Assembly (NCBI GenBank): GCA_965112735.1
Contig: OZ218959.1
Coordinates: forward strand, 2,356,001-2,420,000
Reading direction: 5' to 3'
DNA from: Phaeosaccion multiseriatum
Taxonomy: Eukaryota > Protista > Ochrophyta, other classes
Length of the DNA: 64,000 nucleotides
The translations under genes were made by a program, and so were the position numbers. Below the pieces are notes generated by a model. That model was given only the letters and a program-made list of their open reading frames with translations, ran no database searches and had not been told where the DNA came from. Shown piece after piece: positions 1-11,527 of this stretch (positions are counted from its first letter, which is position 1; each line of letters begins with the position of its first letter).

Positions 1-70
1 CTCACTCACTCACTCACTCACTCACTCACTCACTCACTCACTCACTCACTCACTCACTCATTCACTCACT
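1..70. repeat. (CACT)n microsatellite array, running off the window start
   Basis: Direct reading. It is followed by a ~110 bp sequence (71-180) also found after the (CACT)n arrays at 11392-11500 and, partly, 9052-9125. Confidence 0.95.
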
Positions 71-759
71 GATTGAGCGAAGAGCCACCCCAGGGTAAGC
101 CCAGGTGGGCCGGTCTGACGGTCTGGGGCCGATGGTGGCACGTTGTGTGCCGCAGCCACGGGGCAACGCTTCATGCCCTGCCTCTTTGTATGATTTGAAT
201 AAATAAACTTTTAACACGGCCCCATTAATATTACATACTTCGAAGTACTTCTGTAAATCATGCAGACACGAATTTTGACGGAGAAACGTCCACCCCTCCC
301 ACCAACCCTCTCTTCTCTCTCCTGTCTCTTTATTTATACAGCCCCGCCCCCCAATAAGACACAAAGTTCAAAAGGCTTCTCAGGCGCGTGCAGAGGGAGA
401 GCGCGATACTCGTGTTCCACTTGCCCGGCGGGCGGTCTTGCCCACGGCCAGCACCAGCAGGTACACACACTCCGGTATACACACTGGCCGGCCGCTGTTT
501 GTACCCCGCATCCCCTCGGTCCCCCGCTGCTCGGAGTCTGACTGCCTTCGACTTCTTCTTGTGTTTGCACCCACCGAGCTGCCGACTCGGCTCGGGAAGT
601 ATGCCTTATGATGGCTCAACGGATCATTCCTCCACCTCACGGAGCCCCGCAGGCCTGGACCTTTCCTCTCTCTTCTCTTCGGACCAGCAGGGTAGCGTGT
701 GCCACAGCAGCACACAGAAGCCAACAGAGAAGACGAAGAGGTCACCCGTAGCTGAATGC

Positions 760-1882
760 CTATCCCGGTGACCAATGTACTGGAAGAACCTTACTGCTAC
801 CCATTCTCCCTCCAATACTTGCAGCTGTCTTACTTCTTCCTCTGTTGATAGAACTAGGACGGGGGGCGGCGCCCGAACCTCTTCGAGTGAATGCCCCTCT
901 GAAAACGAAGTAGAACGCTGTGAGTTCCCAGCCCATAGCGCATATTCTATGCAGTATCATTGCAGCAGAGGGCCGCTGACGCATCCACGTACTCATTGGA
1001 TCAACGAGGATGAAGAAAGTGACAGAGGAGCCACTAACCCGGATGGAGGATATAGCACCCCGCACGTACTGGCACTGCGTCTTGATCTTGCGCAAGTCTG
1101 GCCCTAGCTCGGGCATCGTCTTAAGCATACCGAGCAGGGAGGTGGTGGCCACTACAATAGCAGGGAGGTGGTGGCCACTACAATAGCCCCACACAGTGCG
1201 CTGAGAAAGGGCATCGCAAGGGCGAGCCCAGTCCAGAACGTGAAGTAGCCTGGGAGAGCAGCCAGTGCCACGCAGGATGATGTCCCTGCGAAGGCCATAG
1301 CAGCCAAGAGTACCCAGAATCGGCTCTCCACCCAGTTCTGAAGCCGAAGAACGCTTGGTGCGCGAGACAGAAGGCTCCGCGGTAAGGCAGCAAGCCACAG
1401 ACGAAGAACCAGCCATCCATTTCCTATGCCCAACCAAGCAGAGGCACCAAGTAAGCACCAGGCCAAGGCGTCCTCCAGCACCCATATTCCACCATAGAAC
1501 CTTCCAGTACAGATGAGTATGGCTGTTGTGGTGAAGAGGATGCAAAGCATTGCTCCTATCAATCTGGTTTGTGCTACACCCGTCTTCGTCTCCTGCAGCA
1601 GTGCCTTCACGCCTCCCCTACGCCGTACATGTCTGCCGAGTATGTACACCACATCGACCAGGTGGACAGCAAGGATGAGCAGAATTACCATCTCGGGAAC
1701 ATCGAGGTACGCCTTGGCAACAGCCACAAGCACTGCCTGTCTCCCACGATGTTCTTGTCGTTGTATCCGTCCCCACAGCCCGAGCAAGTCGCCGTAGTTT
1801 CATCGCATACGCCTTCGCTGTGGCTTGGGCGGCCAAAGGTCGAGGCGGCCTCGTCCCGGCACGCCAGCACGCACGCAGACAT
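760..1882 (-). pseudogene. Frameshifted copy of the EGF-like/7TM receptor-like gene
   Basis: Highly similar to 9593-10681 but split over three ORFs (1685-1882, 1152-1787, 760-1545). There is a 26-bp tandem duplication at 1133-1184 and small insertions near 1718-1740. The stop is at the same position as in the intact copy. Confidence 0.8.
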
Positions 1883-2109
1883 TCATATATTTATATATTT
1901 GTCCTTCTGGTAGCTAGAGAGAGTGGTGATACGTTTTCCGAAACCGTTCCCACAGATGGCTGGGTTCTCGCTCTCCCCCGCAAGCTCGAGGCTGGGACGG
2001 GTAGTGACGGAGATGGAGTGAGAGAGGCGTGCATGCTTCTTTCATCACTGGCCCCGCCCAGCGTCTACGATGTCGCCTCTCCGGCAGCGAACACCTAAGC
2101 CTACGGAGG

Positions 2110-2680
2110 CACCGAGCCTGTACATGTGCAGCATCACGTCGTTCACGGCACGGAGGGGGAAGGCTTGGCAGTGGGACCGCGCCTTTTCCTTTGTGTCGCT
2201 GCGGAGCTCTGACAGCAGCAGGACTCGGGAGCTCCGAAACGTGGAAGATCTGTGGCGAGTTGCGATGGCAGAATCGAGCAGCACGGGTGGAAGATAGAGG
2301 GAGCGAGCCGAGCAGCAGCGAGCCAAGAGGACAAATCGGCCGACTTGAATGTGAGCGACGGACACAGAGGGAGAAGGTTCGTGACCCCCGCAGCCAGCCG
2401 AGAGGGTTGAATTCATGCTCCTCAGTAGGTGGGAGACTTGCTTGCAACGCTGTTTGAGAAGAGGCCTTGCTTGTGTCGTAAGGACCCTCTGGCGCTCTCT
2501 GCTCCTCTTGCCCTGCCCGACAAGCCCAGCCACACACCTTGGTCGGTCGTGCCGAAGAGCTGCTGCAGGCAGTTCCTCTGGAGTAGGGTAGAAGGGCCCC
2601 GCTGCACGGCCTCTGAAATCAGACTGGGAGCCATCACTTTAGCGAAACTACGACTTCTAACAAGACCGCTGCTAGAATCA
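2110..2680 (+). pseudogene. Possible relic of a PPR/RAP-domain gene
   Basis: Translations SITSFTARRGKAWQWDRAFS (PPR-like 'GQWERAL') and VEGP...LGAITLAKLRLL (RAP-like 'EVDGP...LGAT..KRRLL'), broken by stops and frameshifts. Motif resemblance only. Confidence 0.3.
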
Positions 2681-3160
2681 GCAGCAGAGAATGTGTCCTC
2701 AGAGGCAGGACGACAGAAGGAAGAAGCAGGGAGAAAATGAAACGAACTCACTACTCCACATGAGCACCTACATGTACAGAGAGGCCTGCACTCAGCACTG
2801 GTGTGGCCTGTGGAGCGAGCATGAGCCTCTACCACTACACCTGCTACACTGGCCCCGTACACACGGGATGGGTGGCGCCCGCCTCGCCTCGAGCAATATC
2901 AAGCGAGCCGCCTTTCATGAGTTTATTCTGCGTTGTGCATGGCCCTCTTTTCTCGCTCCCCATCTCACCGTAGAACTGGCGAGCGCAGAGCACCAACAGG
3001 GCTGTAACGCATATTTTATATTTTTAGAAACCCCCCCAAGGGATGCAAAGTAATTTATAAGGCAAGTACTGGGTGGTGGGGATTGCGGCGGCCAACTTCC
3101 GCACAGAGGAGAAGGGAGATAGAGGTTGCAGCATCTGCAGGGACGGAGGGACTCAGCACG

Positions 3161-5004
3161 ATGCGTGCAGAGTCAATTGCTACCGTTCTTGGCTATGTGA
3201 TCTACTTGTCGGTGATGCTTCGAAAGGCTTGGTGGTTTTGGAAATCCCGAGATCTTCCGCTTATCCGGGCTAGATTTCCAGGCCTGACGCTGTGCTACAG
3301 CCTATGTCTTGTCGTCTCGGTAGGATTGATCCTCCTCGTCGAGGTGCGGCGTCTCGAGGAGGCATCCTTCTCCTGTGCCTTCCTCGTGATTGACGGATGG
3401 ATGGGCCTCCCCGCAGGGGGTAAGTCCAATGATCACTCCCTCAGTACTCTGAGTACTGAGGGGGGTGCCTTGAGTAAGAGAGAAAATGACTGCCTCTATC
3501 AACTAATAGCTAAGCAAGGTACTTGTTCCACCCCGATCCCACCCCCCCCCCCTCTGCATCTACTATGTGCTGTCTCGTTGTTGCTGTTCACAGCCTTTTC
3601 TGCGGCTATGCGGGGAGTGAAGATGGTTGTTGCAACGAGCGATTCTGAGACCCGGGAGAAGTACCGATACGTGATCAGCCCGGTATGGGCATGGAAGGTC
3701 GTGGTCTACCCTTGCCTGACGACTGTAGTCCTGATCTGCATTCCTGTGATTATTTGGAGGCCCTTGATCATCAATGACGGCCCAGACGCCATGTGCTACT
3801 TGTTCCAGCCGTGGATACTCTGTATGGTGTATTCTTTAGCTATCGTTGTTTTGATGTTGGTGTGGGCCAAGGCAGTCTACAACTCCAACGACGATCTGCT
3901 CGTCGGACAGGAGCTGCTTATTATTACCAGTCTCTTTGCTGCTTTTGGCGGCGTCTACTTTGCCGTTCGAATCGTGTCAGACTTCAGCGATTCGCTCCCC
4001 TCGTCGACGAGCATTAATCTCATCGTTGGATTCTTTTGCGCCTTGATTCCCGTCATGAGCTTGTTTTGGTACGGGGATTTACGCTGGATCAAGGACCCGC
4101 AACACAGAGCGCAGATGCTCAAGCCGAGACTCCGTAGCCACGATAAGTGGGTGCGCTCATCCCAAGTGGGTCCCAGCACAATGGCATCTACCACCGTTCA
4201 TGATGGAAGCGCCTTTGGCCGCACCAAAGACATCCTGGCGACCCCTGAAATGGCGGCGCCGTTTGAGGACTTCCTTCGACGGGCGATCTGCGTCGAAAGT
4301 TTCGATTTCCTCCGGGCAGTGGAGCAGTACGATGCGGCGCTTGTGGCTAGCGAAAGAGAAGGCACCGCCCTGCAGGAGCAGCAGCAGCAGCCGGAGCCGG
4401 AACAGGCAGCCGCGGAGAAGCCGAGCATGGAGAGCATTCATGCCATTTACGTTGGCATCTGCCGCAAGTACATTCAGCAGTACTCCGATATGGAGGTGAA
4501 CATCAACTCAAAGATGCGTGCCTCGACGATGCGGCTCATGGATGCAGCGGTCTTCTGCAGCAGCGACAAGGTGAGTGGAGGGAGGAGGGGGGAGAGTGAA
4601 GGAAAGCCGCAAACCACGCGGCCATGAGTCAGTCTGACACTCACCAGATCCTCAGACTCACTCACTCCCCACCCGCCTCATCCATTGCTCGTTGCCTTGC
4701 TCCCCACACCCCTCTGACTGCGGACATGCACGTACTCCGTCTGCAGATGGAAGACAGGAAGCATGTGTTCGAGCCGGCTGTGACGGAGGTGTACGCGCTA
4801 CTGGACAGCAACTTCCTCGTCAAGTTCAAGACCACCCCGCAGTATCAGGAGGCGCTGTCGCTCATCGAGGAGGCCGGGCTCGAGCCTGGGACCTTAGATA
4901 CTGGTGGAGATGGCGTGGAGGTAGCGAGAGGCTTGCTACATAAGTCAATGACCCGATGCAGTATCGGCAGTACCGCCTCCCCGGTGGGACACGAACCTGG
5001 GTAG
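3161..5004 (+). CDS. 7TM-RGS protein (seven-transmembrane domain fused to a Regulator of G-protein Signaling domain); exons 3161-3419, 3594-4570, 4747-5004
   Basis: Seven hydrophobic helices with an 'R.LPLIRARFP' motif after TM1. The RGS box reads DILATPEMAAPFEDFLRRAICVESFDF...KYIQQYSDMEVNINSKMR...VFEPAVTEVYALLDSNFLVKFKTTPQY. GT-AG splice sites are phase-compatible. Confidence 0.88.
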
Positions 5005-5134
5005 CTGGCCTATGCAGCAGCTCATCATTCGCGGTACGGAGGGGGAAGGTTGGCCAGTGGGACCGCGCTTTTCCTTTCTCTCGCTGCGGAGCTCTGACAG
5101 CAGCAGGACTCGTCTACACAGGGTCCACTCTCCT

Positions 5135-6480
5135 TGTACATGTGCGGAGTCTCAAGGAGGCAACCTTCTCCTGTGTCTTCCTGGTGCTTGGCGGGTGGGT
5201 GGGCTTCCCCGCAGCGGGTAAGTGGAGTGACTACTCCCGGGCTGAGCCCGAGGGAGCGAGCCGCCGGGTGAAGAAGAGAGAAGCATGAAATCCTTTCACT
5301 CACCTCCACCCCTCCCCTCCCCGCTCATTCCGCCACGTCTTGTTTGTTGTTCTCAGCCTTGCCATTGGTCTTGCGGGGGGTTAACATGGTTACTGCAACG
5401 AGCGGTTCGGAGACGCGGGAGAAATACCACCACATCATCAACCCGCTGTGGGCATGGAAGATGGTGGTCGGGTCTAACACGTGATGACCCGTAGCTAGCC
5501 CTGATCGGCGTTCCTGGTGTGATCATTTGGAGGCCCTTGATCTTCAACGATGACCCAGATGCCCTGTGCTACTTGTTCCAGCCTTGGATACTCCTCATCG
5601 GGTCTTCCGTGGTTGTGACTTGTGCGATACTGGTGGCGTGGTTGGGAATCGTGCATCTTTGGTGACACCAGAGCGATACTGGCGACCCCTGAAATGGCGG
5701 CGCCGTTTGAGGACTTCCTTCGACGGGTCATCTGCATCGAGAGTTTCGACTTCCTCCGGGCAGTGGAGCAGTGCGATGCGGCGCTTGTCGCTGGAGAAAT
5801 GGGAGGCGCATGCCCACAGGAGGAGGAGGAAGAGGAGGAGGAGCAGCAGCAGCAGCAGCACCAAGACCAGCAGCACCAGCACCACCACCACCACCAGCAA
5901 CGACGAGCCGCGGAGAAGCCTACCATGAAGAGCACCCATACTATTTGCGTTGGCATCTGCTGCAAGTACATTCAGCAGTACTCCGACATGGAGGTGAACA
6001 TCAACTCAAAGATGCGTGCCACGACGATGCGGCTCATGGATGCAGCGGTCTTCTGCAGCAGCGACAAGGTAAGAGTGGAGGAAGGAAGTGGAGGGAGAAG
6101 AAGCGGGGGTGGGGAAAGGTCGCACGCCAAGAAATCAGACATAACCATAGACGCTGCGGCAGCACCAGTCATCGCTGCGCGGAGCCAGCCTGACTCACTC
6201 CCTCCCCACCCGACCGTCCATCGCTGCCCCGTTGCCTCGTTGCTTTGACTCCCATCGCGCTGGCGGGCACATGCACACCCCAGATCGAAGACCGGAGAGA
6301 CGTGTTCCATGCGGCTGTGACGGAGGTGTACGGGCTGGCTGCTCGACAGCAACTTCCTCGCCAAGTTCAAGACCACCCTGGAGTATCCGGAGGCGCTGTC
6401 GCGACTCGACGAGGAGACTGAGCTCGAGCCAGGGACGGTAGACAATGCGGGAGACGGCGTGGAGGCGGCGAGGTACTAAC
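5135..6480 (+). pseudogene. 7TM-RGS paralogue pseudogene
   Basis: Same intron positions as 3161-5004, but the 5' end is replaced, TM5-7 is deleted, there are frameshifts and stops, and a GAG/CAG/CAC tract is expanded in the RGS loop (5820-5900). Confidence 0.8.
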
Positions 6481-6853
6481 TTCATTCATCATTGGCTATG
6501 TGTAGCATGTATGATTCTCCTTCCCGGCAGCGCCTTGCCCAGCCAGCCCTTGAAGGGCGACACCTCCTCGGCTTGAATGACTTATTGAAAGAGAGGAGTA
6601 CACAACCCCCCCCCTGGGTTCTCATCTGGCGTGAGCGGTAGCTACCCTGAGCCTGTAACACCTTCGCATCTACACTGCCTCCCCGTACACACACGGGATG
6701 ATGTCGCGCCCTCTCATAGCAGCGCCTCAGCCGATCAAGTCGAGAAGCGCAGGAGCCGAGCCTATCCACTCTGAAACTGGTGTAACTGTCATTATCATTA
6801 TTTTTTCTTTTTCGTTATCCTCTTGTACATGTGACCTGTTCTAGTGCCGCACG

Positions 6854-7112
6854 ATGCGTGCAGAGTCAATTGCTATCGTTCTTGGCTATGTGATCTACTT
6901 GTCCGTGATGCTTCCTAAGGCCTGGTGGTTTTGGAAATCCCGAGACGTTCCGCTTGTCCGGGCTAGATTTCCAGGCCTAATGCTGTGCCACAGTCTGTAC
7001 TTCATCGGCTCCGTAGGAATGATGCTCCTCGTCGAGGTGCGGCGTCTGGAGGGGGTATCCTTCTCCTGTGCCTTTATAGTGTTTGACGGGTGGACGGGCT
7101 TCAGCGGAGTGG
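6854..7112 (+). pseudogene. Truncated 7TM-RGS copy (exon 1 only)
   Basis: MRAESIAIVLGYVIYLSVML... is near-identical to exon 1 at 3161 and has the same GTAAGTCCAATG donor. Homology ends by ~7150. Confidence 0.8.
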
Positions 7113-7320
7113 GTAAGTCCAATGGACTCCCTATGCATAGTACTACTGGCTTTTTTGTCTGACAAGGTTCTGAGGCGACCCAGGTTCCAGGTTCTGGCCG
7201 GCTGGGAATTCGGCGGCCTCCGGCGTTCGGGGTCTACTCTTGGTTCTCCAATCGTGCACGCGACCCCCCTCCTCCTCACCATGACACTCTCGTCTCACAA
7301 ACACACCCACACACACACAC

Positions 7321-7540
7321 TTTCAGTTTCAGTTTCTCAGGTGATTCCTCCTATCGGCCGCGGCCATGCAGGGGTCGAACTACCGGCCGGCCGGCCGCGC
7401 TGCGCCTGCAGTTTCAGTGGTGGGCCTGTTCCGCCATCATCCCTTACCGCTTTTGCTTGAACCCTATTCCCTATCCGGGGTTACTTTAGTATTGGACGGG
7501 TCTCAGCCCAGTTGATTGGGGCTTCATTAGTCTGGTGAGG
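7321..7540 (-). mobile_element. Retroelement 3' end with (GAAACT)n tail abutting (TG)n; contains a degenerate hammerhead-like motif (candidate Penelope-like)
   Basis: The minus strand ends GGAATCACCTGAGAAACTGAAACTGAAA|GTGTGTG, and this core is shared with five other loci. CTAATGA-stem-GAGAC-cc-GTC lies at 7530-7495. Confidence 0.5.
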
Positions 7541-8204
7541 TTGGTTTGTGACAGATGACAGCAGGGCCAAGAAAAATGAACTTCAAAGTCATGGCTGCGC
7601 CAGGATGTCCGCTCCCTCGCTGGCCTTCTTTCAGCCACCTCAGACCACCCCCGTCCCCCCCGCCCTACTTCTGCTTTGTTCCCCTGCTCTATGATGCTGA
7701 ACACATCCCTCGCTACTCGCGTTCAAAGCCTGTCCCTCCCTTGGTGCTCTCCACTACCCTCCTCGTAGCTACATGCCTACCTACCATTCGTGTTCTGGGC
7801 AGTACCAGTCCCCTTTAGGGAATTAGGGAAGAGGTGGAAGAAGGCAATACGTATGGCTGGAACTCGCTTGTTGCGGTGTTGGTGGTCGCTGTCCTCTTTA
7901 CATATCTGGCAAGTAGTCACCTCCTCGCTTCCGTCAGTACTCTCTGCTTCCTCTCGTGTACCACGAGCCAATGCCTTGAAGTCTTTGGGCTTCTTGACGC
8001 GTCGCCCACGCGTAGACACGGCCTCCACCGTCCGCCCCCGCTTCCTCTTGTCTAGTGACGCCGTCCACTGACATATCCTCCTCTCCCGCACTGTCGCATT
8101 CATCGTCAGTGCCCAAGAGATCATTTACGTCGAACCGGCCGATGATAGAATGTGGGATTGCATGTATATTAATTATTGCGTTGGACTGACCCTACACGCT
8201 GTTG

Positions 8205-8370
8205 AGGCTCTCCAGAGCGACGCCACCCCCCCCCCCCGACCAAGAGGGGGAGTAACCGGCCCATCGCGTGCCCCAGAGACACAGAGACACATGCACACAC
8301 ACACACTTTCAGTTTCTTAGGTGACTCCTGTTTAAAAATTATGATACAACCTCACTACTACTTCGCACTA
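8205..8370. repeat. Segmental duplicate of 10952-11115, including the TTTCAGTTTCTTAGGTGACTCC element end
   Basis: Near-identical ~165 bp, each copy directly followed by a (CACT)n array. Confidence 0.9.
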
Positions 8371-9052
8371 ACTCACTCACTCACTAACGCACTCCCGCAC
8401 TCACTCACTCACTCACTCCCGCACTCACTCACTCACTCACTCTCACTCACTCACTCACTCACTCACTCACTCACTCACTCACTCACTCACTCACTCACTC
8501 ACTCACTCATTCACTCACTCACTCACTCACTCACTCACTCACTCACTCACCCACTCTCTCACTCACTCACTCCGTCCGTCACTCACTCACTTCCTCCCTC
8601 CCTCACTCACTCACTCACTCACTCACTCACTCACTCACTCACTCACTCACTCACTCACTCACTCACTCACTCACTCACTCACTCACTCACTCACTCACTC
8701 ACTCACTCACTCACTCACTCACTCACTCACTCACTCACTCACTCATTCACTCACTCACTCACTCACTCACTCACTCACTCGCTCACTCACTCACTCACTC
8801 ACTCACTCACTCACTCATTCCCTCACTCACTCATTCCCTCACTCACTCACTCACTCACTCACTCACCCACTCACTCACTCACTCCCTCACTCACTCACTC
8901 ACTCACTCACTCACTCACTCACTCACTCACTCACTCACTCACTCACTCACCTACTCACTCACTCACTCACTCACTCACTCACTCACTCACTCACTCACTC
9001 ACTCACTCACTCACTCACTCACTCTCTCCCTCCCTCACTCATTCACTGACTG
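8366..9052. repeat. (CACT)n microsatellite array, ~690 bp
   Basis: Direct reading. Confidence 0.97.
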
Positions 9053-9592
9053 ATTGAGCGAAGAGCAAACCTAGTCACCTAGAGCACACCCTGAAGGCTA
9101 CTGTGGGGCCGATGGTGGCACGGCGTGCACCACAGCACCGTGTGCGATGTCACAAACTTCTTGGAGGTTATATACTTACAGGTTAAGCGTCAGGCGCTAT
9201 ACGTTAGACTGTCGGCTACCCCTCCTCCGCCCCTCGTATGGGAACACAGGCCTACTCTGACTGATGCAGAGGGAAAGAGATCCTATTCCACTGACCGAGC
9301 GGTGTATTCTTACGGCGAGAAGCAGCAGGTGTGCCTAGGGACCCACCCGTCGGCCCCTCCTGCTTTCACCTCCTCCCTCTTGAGCCTTGTGCTTGCACCC
9401 ACGGAGCTGCCAACTCGGCTCGGGAAGCATGCCTTATGATGGCTCAACGGATCATTCCTCCTCTTCTTCCAACGGAGCCCCGCAGGCCTGGACCTTTCCT
9501 CTCTCTTCTCTTCGGACCAGCCGGGTGGCGCGTGCCACAGCAGCACACAGAAGCCAACAGAGAAGACGGAAAGGTAGCCTGCAGCTGCACGC

Positions 9593-10681
9593 CTATCTTG
9601 GTGCCCAATGTACGGGAAGAACCTTCCTGCTACTCTTCCCACCTCCACTACTTGCAGCTGTCTTACTTCTTCCTCTGTTGATAGAACTAGGACGGGGGGC
9701 GGCGACCGAATCTCTTCGAGTGAATGCCCCTCTGAAAACGCAGTAGAACACTATGAGTTCCCAGCCCACACCGATGAGTCTGAGCGGTATCATTACAGCA
9801 GAGGGTCGCTGACGCATCCACGTACTCATCGGATCAACGAGGGTGAAGAAAATGATAAAGGAGCCTCCAACCCAGACGTAGGATATAGCACCCAGCACGT
9901 ACTGGCACTGCGTCTTGATCTTGCGCAAGTCTGGCCCTAGCTCGGGCATCGTCTTAAGCATACCGAGAAGGCAGGTGGTGGCCACTACAATAGCCCCACA
10001 CAGTGCGCTGAGAAAGGGCAGCGCAAGGGCGAGCCCAGCCCAGTACGTGAAGTAGCCTGGGAGGGCAGCCAGTACCACGCACGATGATGTCCCTGCGATG
10101 GCCATAGCAGCCAAGATTACCCAAAATCGGCTCTCCACCCAGTTCTGAAGCCGAAGAACGCTTGGTGCGCGAGACAGAAGGCTCCGCGGTAAGGCAGCAA
10201 GCCACAGACGAAGAACCAGCCATTCATTTCCTACGAGAAACCAAGAAATGGCACCAAGTAAGCACCAGGCCATGGCGTCGTCCAGCACCCCTGTTCTACC
10301 ATAGAACTCTCCAGTACTGATGATTATGGCTGTTGTGGTGAAGAGGATGCAAAACATTGCTCCTATCAGCCTGGTTTGTGCTACACCCGTCTTTGTCTCC
10401 TGCAGCAGTGCCTTCACGCCTCCCCTACGCCGTACATGTCTGCCGAGTATGTACACCACATCGACCAGGTGGACAGCAAGGATGAGCAGAATTACCATCT
10501 CGGGAACATCGAGGTACGCCTTGGCAACACAAGCACTGTCTCCCACGATGTTCTTGTCGTAGTATCCGTCCCCACAGCCCGAGCAAGTCGCCGTAGTTTC
10601 ATCGCACACGCCTTCGCTGTGGCTTGGGCGGCCAAAGGTCGAGGCCGCCTCGTCCCGGCACGCCAGCACGCACGCAGACAT
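9593..10681 (-). CDS. Intronless GPCR-like protein: Cys-rich EGF-like N-terminus plus seven transmembrane helices (~362 aa)
   Basis: N-terminus C..C...GVCDETTATCSGCGDGYYDKNIVGDSAC, then seven hydrophobic segments: VILLILAVHLVDVVYIL, LIGAMFCILFTTTAIII, AWCLLGAISWFLV, FWVILAAMAIAGTSSCVVLAAL, YWAGLALALPFLSALCGAIVVATTCLL, YVLGAISYVWVGGSFIIFFTLV, VMIPLRLIGVGWELIVFYCVF. The tail is Ser/basic. Confidence 0.75.
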   Translation of the reverse strand: MSACVLACRDEAASTFGRPSHSEGVCDETTATCSGCGDGYYDKNIVGDSACVAKAYLDVPEMVILLILAVHLVDVVYILGRHVRRRGGVKALLQETKTGVAQTRLIGAMFCILFTTTAIIISTGEFYGRTGVLDDAMAWCLLGAISWFLVGNEWLVLRLWLAALPRSLLSRAPSVLRLQNWVESRFWVILAAMAIAGTSSCVVLAALPGYFTYWAGLALALPFLSALCGAIVVATTCLLGMLKTMPELGPDLRKIKTQCQYVLGAISYVWVGGSFIIFFTLVDPMSTWMRQRPSAVMIPLRLIGVGWELIVFYCVFRGAFTRRDSVAAPRPSSINRGRSKTAASSGGGKSSRKVLPVHWAPR

Positions 10682-10794
10682 CTGCCATAAAAGTGGTAGA
10701 GAGAGTGGTGATACGTTTTCCGAAACCGTTCCCACAGATGGCTGGGTTCTCGCTCTCATCGAGAATGTGGTCGATAGCACGTCAAATAAGCCTC

Positions 10795-10970
10795 CGCTCT
10801 CGCTACGGACGACTCGGCGCACAGGCGCCATCACTCCTACACGCACTCGCCGAGCACGTCGTCTCCCGCACCCGCCGCTCCGACTCCTCCACCACCAAGG
10901 GCCACGTCCTGACCAGGCTTCGCTGCCTTGTCAGCTGCAGCCACCACATGTGGCTCTCCAGAGCGACGCC
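10795..10970 (+). mobile_element. 3' ORF fragment of a restriction-like-endonuclease (CRE-like) non-LTR retrotransposon
   Basis: Translation YGRLGAQAPSLLHALAEHVV...KGHVLTRLRCLVSCSHHM resembles the 'E..GRLG..A..LL..LA....R.R..LS' C-terminus of REL-type LINE ORFs. Confidence 0.55.
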
Positions 10971-11116
10971 GCCCCCCCCCCCCGACCAAGAGGGGGAGTA
11001 ACCGGCCCATCGCGTGCCCCAGAGACACAGAGACACATGCACACACACACACTTTCAGTTTCTTGGGTGACTCCTGTTTAAAAATTATGATACAACCTCA
11101 CTACTACTTCGCAGTA

Positions 11117-11391
11117 ACTCACTCACTCACTCACTCACTCGCTCACTCACTCACTCACTCACGCACTCACTCACTAACTCACTCATTCACTCACTCACTC
11201 CCGCACTCACTCACTCACTCACTCACTCACTCACTCACTCTCACTCGCTCTCACTCACTCACTCACTCACTCACTCACCCACTCACCCACTCACTCACTG
11301 ACTCACTCACCCACTCACTCACTCACTCACTCACTCACTCACTCACTCACTCACTCACTCACTCACTCACTCACTCACTCACTAACCCACT
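11117..11391. repeat. (CACT)n microsatellite array
   Basis: Direct reading. Confidence 0.95.
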
Positions 11392-11527
11392 GATTGAGTG
11401 GAGGGCCACCCCAGGGTAAGCCCCGGTGGGCCGGTCTGACGGTCTGGGGCCGATGCTGGCACGTTGTGTGCCGTAGCCACGGGGCAACACTTCATGCCCT
11501 GTCTGGTGGGAGATGTTGTGTGATAGG

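Noticed and set aside
1-70. (CACT)n as a telomere
   Set aside because: The same repeat occurs internally and in introns and does not match a TTAGGG-type unit.
7777-8124. Minus-strand ORF with a CQIC motif
   Set aside because: No recognisable domain or gene structure; probably element debris.
8341-9057. Long ORFs of THSL, PPSL/GREG, CVCV, PACL or poly-L/C repeats (also 14087-14879, 28876-29493, 32538-33347, 33630-34158, 53254-53987)
   Set aside because: These are translations of microsatellites in introns or intergenic DNA.
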